In this document: in pieces, positions 30,988-41,011 of the stretch
Position numbering within the stretch: the first letter of the stretch is position 1
How the letters are laid out: each line of letters begins with the position of its first letter
From: a virus
Lineage: Duplodnaviria > Caudoviricetes
Reading direction: 5' to 3' (one strand)
IMG/VR virus record: IMGVR_UViG_3300005077_000028
Location: 1 to 53,953 of that record
DNA: 53,953 bases
Program-made: the position numbers and the translations under genes
The notes under the pieces: model-generated
The model's input: only the letters and a program-made list of their open reading frames with translations
Database searches by the model: none
Told to the model about the DNA's origin: nothing

Positions 30988-31927
30988 TGATTTAAATGAT
31001 AATTTTAAAAAAATGTTATTAGATGAATATATAGAAATATATGAAAAACTTGATGGAACGGCATTAATAGTAAAAGATGGAAAATTTTATAAAAGAGACG
31101 GAAAAACAGAATTAGATTTAGTTAATAGAATTGTTTCTATTTTATATAATGATGCAATTAAATATTTAAGTAAATTTAATATAAAGAATGCTAGATTTGA
31201 AATTTTTTCACCTTTTGCTACTTATACAATTCCAATAAATCTCCCTTTAAATGGAATCGTGTTATTAGAGTATGAAGGGTGTAATACATATGAGAAATTA
31301 AAAGCAAAAGCAGCGGAATTATTTGTATCATGTGTTCCTTTAGTTTTTTCAGGATTTTTAAATAATACACAAAAAGAATATTTATTAGAATGTAAGTATG
31401 TTAATAAAAAGGTTTTATCAAGATTATTTAATTTTTATCAATTTAAAGGTATTAATGAAATTGAAGGAATTGTTATATCTCAAAAACAAAATAAATATAA
31501 GATTTTTTCTCAAGAATTTGTTTATAGAGAAAAACTAGAAAAAAATGAACAACATGATCTTTATTATGATTATATTGCTAAACATGTAAAACAATTACCA
31601 ATTAATATTCCATCTGGGTATGTTTATTCTGAAACAAATTATATTTCTTTAATATTAGAAAGTATATATAATTATCTCCCGATTTTAATTAATAATGTAC
31701 CTGAAGAAATTTTACAATTAAATTTAAATGATAAAAGTTATATGAATTATACTTATATCCCTATAAAATTATATATGTATATTAAATGTTCTAGATTTAT
31801 AAAAATATTTACACAACATTGTTTATTAAATTATAATAATTATAAGAAAAGAGTTAGTAAACGGTATAATAAAGAATATATTAACATTATTAATAATAAA
31901 ATTAAATTATTAACAAATGAAGGTTAA
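30974..31927 (+). CDS. RNA-ligase-like (covalent nucleotidyltransferase) protein
   Basis: Motif I YEKLDGT, YKR, RFE, VPLVFSG, motif IV EGIVI, motif V KYKI. Confidence 0.7.
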   Translation: MEYFNDLNDNFKKMLLDEYIEIYEKLDGTALIVKDGKFYKRDGKTELDLVNRIVSILYNDAIKYLSKFNIKNARFEIFSPFATYTIPINLPLNGIVLLEYEGCNTYEKLKAKAAELFVSCVPLVFSGFLNNTQKEYLLECKYVNKKVLSRLFNFYQFKGINEIEGIVISQKQNKYKIFSQEFVYREKLEKNEQHDLYYDYIAKHVKQLPINIPSGYVYSETNYISLILESIYNYLPILINNVPEEILQLNLNDKSYMNYTYIPIKLYMYIKCSRFIKIFTQHCLLNYNNYKKRVSKRYNKEYINIINNKIKLLTNEG

Positions 31928-31929
31928 TA

Positions 31930-32427
31930 ATGAAAATAGGTTTATATATAGGAAGATTTCAAGGAATAACTGAAGTGCATAAATATATATTTGATTTAAT
32001 GTCATTTAAATATGATACATCTTATATATGTATTATTGATGGAAAAAAGACATCAAATGATAAAAAATTAAATCCATTTACACTGTCTATTAGATTACGA
32101 TTGATTAATAAAGTTTTAAATTATAATAATATAGTAATAATGTCTAATAGTGGGTATATTCCTGATATAATAAAGCCATTTGAAGATAATGAGATAGATT
32201 TTTATTGCGGTGAAGATAGGATAGAAAGTTATAAAAAACAACAAAAATATTTAAAAACCAAGTTAAATTTTATAAATATTAATAAGTTGAATAAATTTAA
32301 AAGGAATGATATATCTGCTACAATGCTTAGAGAAGCATTAAATACTGGTGATAAAACTAGATATATTAGATTATGTCCTATAGAATTATGGGATGATTTT
32401 GAAAATTTAAGAAAAGAAATCATATAA
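31930..32427 (+). CDS. HIGH-superfamily cytidylyl/adenylyltransferase
   Basis: YIGRFQGITEVH, NPF...R, GEDR..Y, ISATMLREAL. Confidence 0.85.
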   Translation: MKIGLYIGRFQGITEVHKYIFDLMSFKYDTSYICIIDGKKTSNDKKLNPFTLSIRLRLINKVLNYNNIVIMSNSGYIPDIIKPFEDNEIDFYCGEDRIESYKKQQKYLKTKLNFININKLNKFKRNDISATMLREALNTGDKTRYIRLCPIELWDDFENLRKEII

Positions 32428-32494
32428 GTTTTTTACTCGACTTAAATAATAAATTTATCAAGGCGAAAGTCGGGCGTCTTAAAAGGAGGATTAT

Positions 32495-33178
32495 ATGATG
32501 TATAATAATGGCTTGATTTGTGTAATTAAAGTTGGAGGTAAGGTATTACGAGAACAAAATGGAAAAGTTAAATTACCTTTTGGTTCTGAATATGCCATTG
32601 GCTTAAAAAATAAACAATCAAAAAATGTAGTTATATCAATTGAAATTGATGGAGAAATCAAAGGTTCAAAATTTAAATTAGCTCCAAATCAAGAAATAGA
32701 TTTAGAACGCCCACCAACCCAAGGCAATTCAGGAAAAAAATTCAAATTTATAGAAAAAACTGAACAAATATCTGATTATCGTGGAGATAAATTAGATGAT
32801 AGATTAATTGTTATTACTTACCAATTTGAAAGAATTTATGATCCAATAATAATTAATACCCCTAATAATCCATGGGTTAAGGATGATACATATTATGATA
32901 GATGGAATCGATATTATGAACCATATTGTGGGGATAATACAAAAATATGTTCAAATGTAAAGTCTTCTGGTATTACAGTAAACAGTTCACATTCTAATCA
33001 ATCTTTTTCTTATGATAATTATATATATTTAGAAGACTCTAAACACAATATTATATTTGAATTAATAGGATATAATACAATTGTGACAACTAAAAACAAA
33101 ATAACATGTAATATTTGTGGGACTCATAATAATAGTAGAAATATCTATTGTATACAATGTGGAAATAATATTTCATAA
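32495..33178 (+). CDS. conserved hypothetical protein with C-terminal double zinc ribbon
   Basis: VLRE...LPFGSEY.I.LKN; CNICG...YCIQCG; strong RBS. Confidence 0.75.
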   Translation: MMYNNGLICVIKVGGKVLREQNGKVKLPFGSEYAIGLKNKQSKNVVISIEIDGEIKGSKFKLAPNQEIDLERPPTQGNSGKKFKFIEKTEQISDYRGDKLDDRLIVITYQFERIYDPIIINTPNNPWVKDDTYYDRWNRYYEPYCGDNTKICSNVKSSGITVNSSHSNQSFSYDNYIYLEDSKHNIIFELIGYNTIVTTKNKITCNICGTHNNSRNIYCIQCGNNIS

Positions 33179-33181
33179 AAA

Positions 33182-33212
33182 CTATTTACTTTTCTCCGTT
33201 TCTTGTTATAAT
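33182..33212 (+). promoter_or_regulatory. early promoter
   Basis: CTATTTAC-N17-TATAAT with TG extension. Confidence 0.75.
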
Positions 33213-33240
33213 ATAATTATACTTGAAACGGAGGTTTAAA

Positions 33241-33448
33241 ATGAAAAATGGAAATAAGAAAACTGTAAAATTTACTGGATGAATTTACGGCCGAAGAGTG
33301 TGCCATATCACAAAAAATGTATAATAAAATTTTAAAATATAACAATCAAAACGCCACAATTATTGGAAATTCTGGTGATGGATATGTTGACTTAAGATTT
33401 AAAGATGGATATGAAATTTTTATGATTTCTGATTATAATATAGACTAA
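33241..33448 (+). pseudogene. small frameshifted early gene
   Basis: GGAGG then MKNGNKKTVKF; coding-like sequence LLDEFTAEECAIS...DYNID continues in another frame. Confidence 0.5.
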
Positions 33449-33574
33449 TATTTTCAACTACTTTAAATAATTTAATTTTTTATTAAAATATAGAAAATAG
33501 CTAAGTACTTAATTTTATTTGATTTTCTGCTAATTTAATTAAATTTGTTTTATTTTTAAATAATTTGAAAAATA

Positions 33575-33604
33575 GTTTACACTTTAGGTTGATTATGGTA
33601 TAAT
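33575..33604 (+). promoter_or_regulatory. early promoter
   Basis: GTTTAC-N18-TATAAT with TG extension. Confidence 0.55.
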
Positions 33605-33630
33605 ATATTTAAATAAAGGAAAGGGAACAA

Positions 33631-33765
33631 ATGAAAATCTACATGTTGAAGAATAAAGAAACTGGTAGATTATATAATTGTGGATTTAATTATCCCTATT
33701 GGGAAGATAATTTTGCAAAAGTAATGAAACAAAATTTGGTAGAAATTGTTGAGGTGAAGGTTTAA
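33631..33765 (+). CDS. 44-aa hypothetical protein
   Basis: ATG after AAGGAAAGGG, directly behind a promoter. Confidence 0.5.
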   Translation: MKIYMLKNKETGRLYNCGFNYPYWEDNFAKVMKQNLVEIVEVKV

Positions 33766-33822
33766 AATTATTAAATTGTCTAGTAATTGTAAAGATTACT
33801 AATCATTAAAAAAGGTATAATA

Positions 33823-34008
33823 ATGCATTTTACTATACGGTGTCCTCAATGTGGCCGAGAGTTTGAACTTGACCTTGACGAAGTAGAGGTTGAGTTCGAA
33901 GGTGGTACTATACACTTTACTGGATCTTACAGCTGGCGAGCATTAAGTTGTGAGTGCTGATTTAGGCAAGTACAAGAATATGACACTTTTCCAAGTAGGT
34001 ATCGTTAA
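33823..34008 (+). pseudogene. small zinc-ribbon protein with in-frame TGA at 33958
   Basis: MHFTIRCPQCG...LSCEC*FRQVQEY. Confidence 0.55.
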
Positions 34009-34066
34009 ATATTATTAATAAAGCAATTTTATTAATTTTTTTTAAAAATAATTAAGAAGATTTAAA

Positions 34067-34357
34067 ATATTTAATTTTAAAGAAATCGTCGAAAAAATTG
34101 GTATTGAAAATATTAAATTTATTATTCCTTATAGTATTCCTTATAGTTGTTTATTTGAAAAAGATGTATTATGTATTAGTAAAATCGATGAATCTAGATA
34201 TAAAGTTTTTGAAGGATATAAAGTTACTCTTAAACCTATAAATGAAAAATTTAGACCTAAAACATTTTACTAAAGTGATCTTTTTCAATTAATTAAAGAG
34301 AGTCCTAGTAAATTTATAGTTATTAATGATATTGAACAAATTATTGAAGATATTTAA
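34067..34357 (+). pseudogene. decayed ORF (ATA start, in-frame TAA at 34271)
   Basis: IFNFKEIVEKIGIENIKFIIP...TFY*SDLFQLI...EDI* in one frame. Confidence 0.5.
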
Positions 34358-34368
34358 AATCTATTTTT

Positions 34369-34396
34369 AAAAACGCCACAATTTGTGGCGTTTTTT
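34369..34396. terminator. bidirectional terminator
   Basis: AAAAACGCCACA-att-TGTGGCGTTTTTT between convergent genes. Confidence 0.85.
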
Positions 34397-35276
34397 ATTT
34401 TGAATAATCATATAACCATTGTAAGAATATATTATTAGATTTAAATTCTTTGTTATAATATACAGAATGAATTAGTGTACTCATTTCTTTAATTAACATG
34501 TTACATTTTCTATCATATTCATCGGTAAAATCTTCAAATATATTTATATCTATTTTAGGTGTATATCCTGGAATAAAATTTTTACTTATCATATTAGAAA
34601 CTAGATTGAAATGCTTTTCATATAAATGTAAACTATTTGAAGTATGATTATATATTCCCATTTCTAATTTAGGGTATGTTTCTTTTAATTCTAATAACAT
34701 CATTTGATGGATAATATTAAAAAATACATAATCAGTAGGGATTCCAAAAATAATATCAGAAGATCTCATATATATAGAAAAGTTTAATTTATTATCTCTA
34801 ATGTGGAAAATTCCATATAGGGTGCATGGAAAATCTTTTACATTATTGAATTGGTGTTCTATTCCATTGAAGTGTAGAATTGCTTGTCTAGAATCTTTAT
34901 CATTTATTAGAGATTCTTTTGCCCATCTCCATTGAGTATAATTATTATTTTCATGAAGTCTATAGAAAATTAAGTGTCCATAATTAGAATTAATTTTACC
35001 ATCAATTGCTAATTTATTCCATAATGAAGCATGTTTACCTATATAATCAGTAGTTCTATCTCCAGCAAAATACCAAATTAATTCTTTTGCGATATATTCT
35101 ATTTGTGAAGATCTTATAGGATTTAAATATAAATTAACATTTGGGTTTTTAATAGTAAATGAATAATTCATTATTTCTTTAATTTTCATATTCCTAGGAG
35201 AAGTAATATATTCAGGGTAATAAAATATATCAAACAATAATTTTTTATATGCTTCTGTGAAAGTTTTATATATCAT
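34395..35276 (-). CDS. thymidylate-synthase-fold enzyme, predicted dCMP hydroxymethylase/hydroxylase (gp42-like)
   Basis: NSNYG, DSRQA, DFPCT, MRSSDIIFGIPTD (Asp at the pyrimidine specificity position), SLHLYEKH. Confidence 0.8.
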   Translation of the reverse strand: MIYKTFTEAYKKLLFDIFYYPEYITSPRNMKIKEIMNYSFTIKNPNVNLYLNPIRSSQIEYIAKELIWYFAGDRTTDYIGKHASLWNKLAIDGKINSNYGHLIFYRLHENNNYTQWRWAKESLINDKDSRQAILHFNGIEHQFNNVKDFPCTLYGIFHIRDNKLNFSIYMRSSDIIFGIPTDYVFFNIIHQMMLLELKETYPKLEMGIYNHTSNSLHLYEKHFNLVSNMISKNFIPGYTPKIDINIFEDFTDEYDRKCNMLIKEMSTLIHSVYYNKEFKSNNIFLQWLYDYSK

Positions 35277-35776
35277 TTATCCTCCTTATATTGTTCTTTT
35301 AATACATTACAATCAGAATAGAATTTATCTAAAGCAGTTTTATTATTTATTCTATCATATTCATATTTATATACTACTCTTTTAATCTTGGCCGCAATAA
35401 TTGCTTTAGAACAATTCCAGCATGGGTGGTATGTACAATATAATGTACCACCCTCAATTGGTAATCCTTTTCTGGCTGCCCATATTAAATTATTAATTTC
35501 TGAATGAATTTCATATTTATCACTGAAATCTGCATGTATTTTTCTTAATTCAGAATCATGATCTTTTAAATCTTCAATATTTAACCATTTTTTTATAGTA
35601 AGGGTTTTTCTAATAAATTCATCACAATTAATATACCCTTGTGGGGTTCCATTATATCCAGATACTATTATTCTATTATCTATTACAATACATGAACCTA
35701 CTTTATAACTTTGACAGTTAGATAATTTACCAAAATCTTCAACAAAATTTATAAAAACTTTATCAAATTTATTCAT
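35273..35776 (-). CDS. dCMP deaminase
   Basis: VGS.IV...GYNGTP, HSEIN, PCWNC. Confidence 0.9.
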   Translation of the reverse strand: MNKFDKVFINFVEDFGKLSNCQSYKVGSCIVIDNRIIVSGYNGTPQGYINCDEFIRKTLTIKKWLNIEDLKDHDSELRKIHADFSDKYEIHSEINNLIWAARKGLPIEGGTLYCTYHPCWNCSKAIIAAKIKRVVYKYEYDRINNKTALDKFYSDCNVLKEQYKEDK

Positions 35777-36344
35777 ATATAACTCCATCTAAATTATACC
35801 AAAAGTCACTATTACCTAAATATTTAATTTTAGGGTTATTTACTCCACGATTCCAAGGTCTATTAGGCATAAATACTTCAATATCATTATTTACTAAATC
35901 TTCAGCTGTTTCAATATGATCTTCTATAAAATGAGTAATATCATATTTTTTACATAATTCTGATTTAGTATTAGTACCAAATTCATTACTATTATTTACA
36001 CATTTTATTACAAAAGGAGTATTTTGTAAATATTTACTTAACCAAATTTTAGTTTCATCTATAACGTTTTTAGTTCTAGAAGTTATAAAAATTAAAGTAT
36101 TATTTTGACCATATTTAGTTAAAAATTCAATAGCTCCATCATAAGGATATAAAGAATTCCACCAAATAATAGTTCGTCGTACTAATTCTTGATGATCTTC
36201 TTTAGATTTACACCAATTAAATATAGAATAATATTCTTTAATATCGTCTAATGTTTTTACTTTATGATATTTATCATAATATAGACGAATATATTGTTCT
36301 ATAAAATTTACAACACACCCGTCTAAATCAAACCCAAGTTTCAT
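35769..36344 (-). CDS. HAD 5'(3')-deoxyribonucleotidase-like
   Basis: GFDLDG, ITSR, K, FIED, RPWN. Confidence 0.85.
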   Translation of the reverse strand: MKLGFDLDGCVVNFIEQYIRLYYDKYHKVKTLDDIKEYYSIFNWCKSKEDHQELVRRTIIWWNSLYPYDGAIEFLTKYGQNNTLIFITSRTKNVIDETKIWLSKYLQNTPFVIKCVNNSNEFGTNTKSELCKKYDITHFIEDHIETAEDLVNNDIEVFMPNRPWNRGVNNPKIKYLGNSDFWYNLDGVIYE

Positions 36345-36885
36345 TACTATTCCTTTTTAAAAATTCTATAATTTTATTATGTATAATATTAATAGACATT
36401 TTATTACAATTTAATAATAGTTTTTTATTAATATTAGATTGTTTTGTTGAATTTATAAATAAATCTATTTCTTTTTGTTTTTTTTCTAGTTTTATTGAAA
36501 AAGATAAACCATCATCTCTTTTAATTAAATTTTCAGGTTCATCATATAGTGTTATTAAAAATATAGAATTCCAAAAATTTGATTTTATATATTTTTTTTC
36601 AATATCATAAATATATTCTCCATTATAATTTCTATATATTGGTGAATATACATTTTCACCAATATGACTTCGATCAAAAATTAAATAAAAATTATCATTT
36701 AATTTTTTCATTATTTTAAACATTTCATTATATTGAATTTTTGAATATTCATATATATTTTCTGTTAAAATATTACTATATTTAATAATATGAGTAATTT
36801 TATTAATATTTCCAAAATATGTTCTTAATAAATTTATTTGTGTTCCTTTTCCAACATTATCTGGACCTTCAAATATAATAATCAT
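36328..36885 (-). CDS. dNMP (thymidylate-like) kinase
   Basis: MIIIFEGPDNVGKGT, FDRSHIGE.VY..YR, RDDG. Confidence 0.85.
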   Translation of the reverse strand: MIIIFEGPDNVGKGTQINLLRTYFGNINKITHIIKYSNILTENIYEYSKIQYNEMFKIMKKLNDNFYLIFDRSHIGENVYSPIYRNYNGEYIYDIEKKYIKSNFWNSIFLITLYDEPENLIKRDDGLSFSIKLEKKQKEIDLFINSTKQSNINKKLLLNCNKMSINIIHNKIIEFLKRNSNETWV

Positions 36886-36886
36886 T

Positions 36887-38413
36887 TTATATAATTCCTT
36901 TTTTATAATCATTATAACATTTTTCAAATATATTGTAATATATTTGTTGATTTGTTTTATTATGATAATGTAATGGAATCATACTTAAAAATAAACTAGC
37001 AGTTAATATTGTTAAAAATTTTAATTCTTTTTTTGTAAAAGTAGATTCCAATTTATTTTTGAATATTTTTTTAATATTTTCAGTTCCATTATTGAATATT
37101 GTATAATCTTCTATAGAATTAATTATATATAATTCAGAATTAATGAAGTCATAATCATATAATATACTATGTATTAATTTAGCGATATCATAGTAATAAT
37201 TACCATATATAATACCATTTGGATCAATCATATATGGTTTATCATTTTGTAAGTCATATATTATATTTGATAAACAAAAATCACCATGCATTAATGTATT
37301 TTTTAATTTAAATTTTTTAATTTCATTTTTAAAATCTTCAAAAAAATTTTTTAATAGAGGTGTTTTTTCTAAATTTTCACATCTAATTTTTGTTTTATTT
37401 AATATCGTATCAAAAAAATTTATTTCTTTTGATTTATATTTTTTCATTTTATCAATTAAAGAAAATAAAGATTTAAAAATTATTTCCCATGTTTCATTTG
37501 ATCTATCTAGATATAAGTAAACATCTTTTAATGTTGGAAAAGGTAATTGTTCAATTGAATAGTAATTATTATTAAAAAAATTTGAATTTATTATTCTCGG
37601 AGTATATAATTTAATATCATATGGTATAGTTTTAAACCAATTATATTCATTGATTATTTTATTAACATTTTTAGAATATTTATAAGTTATATTATCTTTA
37701 AAAATGATTTTATTAAATATTCTATGAAAAGTTATATTTTTATTTTTTAAGTAATCGTTTAATGTACCATAATCTTTAATATTAATATAGTTTGTATCAT
37801 AAGTAAATAAATCAAAATTATTCATAATAGTAGATAATTGAAATTCTGATGATATTTTTTCATTATTTTTAAATTGTTTTTCTAATTCTAGTTTTAATTT
37901 ATTAGTATTTTTAAAATAATATACACCAGATACCGCTAAATTTGTATTTGGTTTTGTTAATGGTTTATCATAAAATTTTTCTACATATTTATTATTATCA
38001 TTAATTTTTACCATACACCAACGAGAATAATCATTTACTTCTTGTACAGAAATAAAATTATTATCATATGATACATTTTTTATATTAGCAATTATATCAC
38101 CTAATATTATTAGTACAGAGTCATTAATATCATTTTTTATTACTTCATATATTGCACCACTTAAACCATTTAAATTTTCTTGAACTTTAAAAATAATATT
38201 TACTTTAAAATTAAAAATTTTTATAATATTTTTAATTTCATTTTGTTGATGATTTATTACAATATAAATTTTATTACAACCTTGAGATTCTAGTTCTTTA
38301 ATATTATAATAAATAATAGGTTTTTCATTCAATGGTAATATACATTTAGGATAATATTTTCCTAATTCTTTAAATCTTAAACCTTTTCCTGCTGCAGGAA
38401 TAATACCAATCAT
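36887..38413 (-). CDS. sugar-phosphate nucleotidyltransferase fused to an aminoglycoside/choline-kinase-like domain
   Basis: IIPAAGKGLRF...PK, Q..LNGL, GD, SGVY, EFQL, DYGT; C-terminal E..WF, HGDFCLSNI, IDP, YDIAK. Confidence 0.88.
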   Translation of the reverse strand: MIGIIPAAGKGLRFKELGKYYPKCILPLNEKPIIYYNIKELESQGCNKIYIVINHQQNEIKNIIKIFNFKVNIIFKVQENLNGLSGAIYEVIKNDINDSVLIILGDIIANIKNVSYDNNFISVQEVNDYSRWCMVKINDNNKYVEKFYDKPLTKPNTNLAVSGVYYFKNTNKLKLELEKQFKNNEKISSEFQLSTIMNNFDLFTYDTNYINIKDYGTLNDYLKNKNITFHRIFNKIIFKDNITYKYSKNVNKIINEYNWFKTIPYDIKLYTPRIINSNFFNNNYYSIEQLPFPTLKDVYLYLDRSNETWEIIFKSLFSLIDKMKKYKSKEINFFDTILNKTKIRCENLEKTPLLKNFFEDFKNEIKKFKLKNTLMHGDFCLSNIIYDLQNDKPYMIDPNGIIYGNYYYDIAKLIHSILYDYDFINSELYIINSIEDYTIFNNGTENIKKIFKNKLESTFTKKELKFLTILTASLFLSMIPLHYHNKTNQQIYYNIFEKCYNDYKKGII

Positions 38414-38772
38414 ATATAATTCTCCTTTATACATATATTATAATCAGTATTATTTATGAACTGTTTTATGGTTAAATTACGATCATCAATATAAAAAACA
38501 TCTTCTCCCCATGGCTTACCCATTATTAATTCATGATATTTAATATTATACCTGTTTAACCACTCTTCTAATATTGGTCTGGTATATTTATTAATCAATG
38601 TTAAATTACCTTTAAATGTTCTCATATTTCTTGATGTAAATAATATAATTTTATTTCCTTTAAAATATAAACTATTAATTTTATTAATAATAATTATATT
38701 TGGTGTAGAATTAATATAATCATTATTATAAGTTTTACAAATTGTATTATCTATATCAATTATAAAAGTCAT
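38410..38772 (-). CDS. small HAD sugar phosphatase (capsule-biosynthesis phosphatase type)
   Basis: DIDNTIC, FTSR.M, WL, MGKP, YIDDR. Confidence 0.85.
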   Translation of the reverse strand: MTFIIDIDNTICKTYNNDYINSTPNIIIINKINSLYFKGNKIILFTSRNMRTFKGNLTLINKYTRPILEEWLNRYNIKYHELIMGKPWGEDVFYIDDRNLTIKQFINNTDYNICIKENYI

Positions 38773-39902
38773 TTAATCATTTCTTTAAATTTATTTATAA
38801 CAATATTATTTAAATAAGAACCATCTAAATATTCATCTTTAATTAATTTCATTAAATATATTAATAATTTATTATATTCATTTTTATTGTTTTCTAATAA
38901 TTCTATTTTTTTAAATAATTCTTTTGGAGATTTTATTCTTAAAAAATCTGGAATTGGTAAATGTTTTTGATCATCATAATATGGATGTAAAAATGGAATA
39001 ATACCATAATACAACATTTCCCAAAATTTAGCAGTTACCCAACCCTTTTCAATTGGTATTATTAATGTATATTTTACATCATATAAAAGTTTTTGTAAAT
39101 TATTAAATTTTTTAGGACCTTTAAAACGTGAATCTTTTAACCATTCATCTGACCATTTACCATATATTTCAATATCATCTATATTATCTAAAATATATTC
39201 TTTAAGTATTGATCCTCTTGATAATCCACCATTTCCCCCTTCATTTAAAACAATCATCATTTTTTTAGTTTTATTATTTAATTTTGGTTTACTTTTATTA
39301 ATTAAAAATATTTTTTCAATATTAGAATATAATACATCAATACTTTTAAATTTAAAAGTTTTTTGATTATCATATGATATAATAGATTTATATTTATAAG
39401 ATGTATTATATTGTGATAATGAAAATTGTGGAGAATTAATAAAATCTCTACCAGGTTTAATATAACGAGGATCTGGTGATATTAACATATATTTAATTTT
39501 TGATTCATTTAAATAATATATAATTGGTCCAACATACTTTTCAAACATTTGTAAAACTTTAGCATTTTCATTGCTATTAATTTTTAAAATTTTATTGGGT
39601 ATATTTACTTGACTAATTGGACCTGAAAATAATATTCCCCCATCAATTTTTACATTTTTTAACTGATCATATACCCATGTTAAATTATTATTTTTTCTAA
39701 TATCAAAATTTTCCCATATATTAACTATATTAGGTATATTTAAATTATAATCTGTTTTTCCTATAATATAAAATGTATCTTGGGTATTATATTTTGCTAA
39801 ATTTAAATAAAAATTTGAAGGTTCATTATCCCCACCAATTGCTCCCCATTTTTTATCATTAAATAATAATGATCTACCAAATTTACCAATTACAATATTC
39901 AT
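38769..39902 (-). CDS. DNA beta-glucosyltransferase-like GT-B glycosyltransferase
   Basis: Collinear similarity to T4 BGT: DPRY, SQ, IEK, R..ILKEY...IEIYG, FKG, TLII, VTAKFWE, YDDQKH, KELFKKIELL. Confidence 0.75.
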   Translation of the reverse strand: MNIVIGKFGRSLLFNDKKWGAIGGDNEPSNFYLNLAKYNTQDTFYIIGKTDYNLNIPNIVNIWENFDIRKNNNLTWVYDQLKNVKIDGGILFSGPISQVNIPNKILKINSNENAKVLQMFEKYVGPIIYYLNESKIKYMLISPDPRYIKPGRDFINSPQFSLSQYNTSYKYKSIISYDNQKTFKFKSIDVLYSNIEKIFLINKSKPKLNNKTKKMMIVLNEGGNGGLSRGSILKEYILDNIDDIEIYGKWSDEWLKDSRFKGPKKFNNLQKLLYDVKYTLIIPIEKGWVTAKFWEMLYYGIIPFLHPYYDDQKHLPIPDFLRIKSPKELFKKIELLENNKNEYNKLLIYLMKLIKDEYLDGSYLNNIVINKFKEMIK

Positions 39903-40636
39903 TATTTTCCTTTTTCATTTAATAATATATTAACAACATCTTTAAGTAAATTTCTAACTTGATATTCTATACATTGAGACTCTGTTATTTGTACTACTAA
40001 TAACTCTATATCGTTAACATCATAATATTTATTTGATAAAATCATAGCTTTATAAAAATTTAATTGAAGTTCATATTTAGATAACTTACTATCATCTAAA
40101 TGTGTAATAGGAGGTAAACCTAATCCACCTTTAGATTCATCTAATCTACCTTCTGATGTTTTCCAATCTATTAAAAATAATTTCCCTGTAGATTTTTCTT
40201 TAGCCACACAATCAATCATCCCTGCTAAATCTCTATCAGGCCACACAATCTTCTTCTCTAATTCCAATACTTCAAAATTTTCATTAAATTGGTTTACAAT
40301 ATAATCATATGCAACTAAAAAAAATTCTTGTTCTCTTTTATTTTTAGGAATTGGGGCTTTTTCATTTTTTAATAAACACTCTAAAAAATAATGAACATTT
40401 GTTCCAAAATTAGAAGCATCATTACCTACATTTTCCCAAATTTGTTTAATTTCATTAGCAGAATATAATAAATATTTACCTTTATATTCACAAAATTTAG
40501 ACATTTTTTCCATGTCAAATTTAGGAAAATATTTGTTTAATATTTTTGTAACTGAGTTAGTAATCTTTTTTTCATCATAATAATAAACGTGATATTGTTC
40601 ATTAAATTTTATTAAACTTTCATCAATAGTTTTCAT
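39902..40636 (-). CDS. PD-(D/E)xK exonuclease
   Basis: H.Y, SVT, GTNVH...E, LEKKI, AGMIDC, IDWKTS, YELQLNFY. Confidence 0.85.
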   Translation of the reverse strand: MKTIDESLIKFNEQYHVYYYDEKKITNSVTKILNKYFPKFDMEKMSKFCEYKGKYLLYSANEIKQIWENVGNDASNFGTNVHYFLECLLKNEKAPIPKNKREQEFFLVAYDYIVNQFNENFEVLELEKKIVWPDRDLAGMIDCVAKEKSTGKLFLIDWKTSEGRLDESKGGLGLPPITHLDDSKLSKYELQLNFYKAMILSNKYYDVNDIELLVVQITESQCIEYQVRNLLKDVVNILLNEKGK

Positions 40637-41009
40637 ATGTACTAATCCACATATCTAAAAATATTAACGAATACCCAATTAAAGTTAAAATACATTTTTC
40701 ATATTCCTTATATAAATAAGGAATAATTGGGATCTTTTTATATGATTGTTTTATATTAAAAAACTTAAATATTTTATTTTCATATTCTTCTATAAACATA
40801 TCATCAATTAATTTTAAATCTTCTTTTTTATTTGTTCCTATTTTTCTAAGATTCCCAGAAATTTCTATTTTATTTGATAGTATATTAACATTAGATTCAC
40901 TAATATAAAAACAATCAATATATATAAAATCTTTCGGAGGGTTATATGTTAATTGGATTTCCTTTTTGTTAGAATCTATAATAACCCAAACATTTTTTAT
41001 TAATGCCAT
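40623..41009 (-). CDS. hypothetical protein
   Basis: ORF within operon. Confidence 0.55.
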   Translation of the reverse strand: MALIKNVWVIIDSNKKEIQLTYNPPKDFIYIDCFYISESNVNILSNKIEISGNLRKIGTNKKEDLKLIDDMFIEEYENKIFKFFNIKQSYKKIPIIPYLYKEYEKCILTLIGYSLIFLDMWISTYENY

Positions 41010-41011
41010 TT

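Noticed and set aside
33449-33572. Replication origin in an AT-rich gap
   Set aside because: No convincing iterons, and AT richness is uninformative in this genome.
34395-35276. Ordinary thymidylate synthase (thyA)
   Set aside because: Asp rather than Asn at the specificity position, PCT rather than PCH, and glycosyltransferase context.
36887-38772. Capsule/LPS biosynthesis auxiliary genes
   Set aside because: They are embedded between a BGT-like enzyme and dNMP enzymes, so a DNA-modification role fits better. A cell-surface role is not formally excluded.
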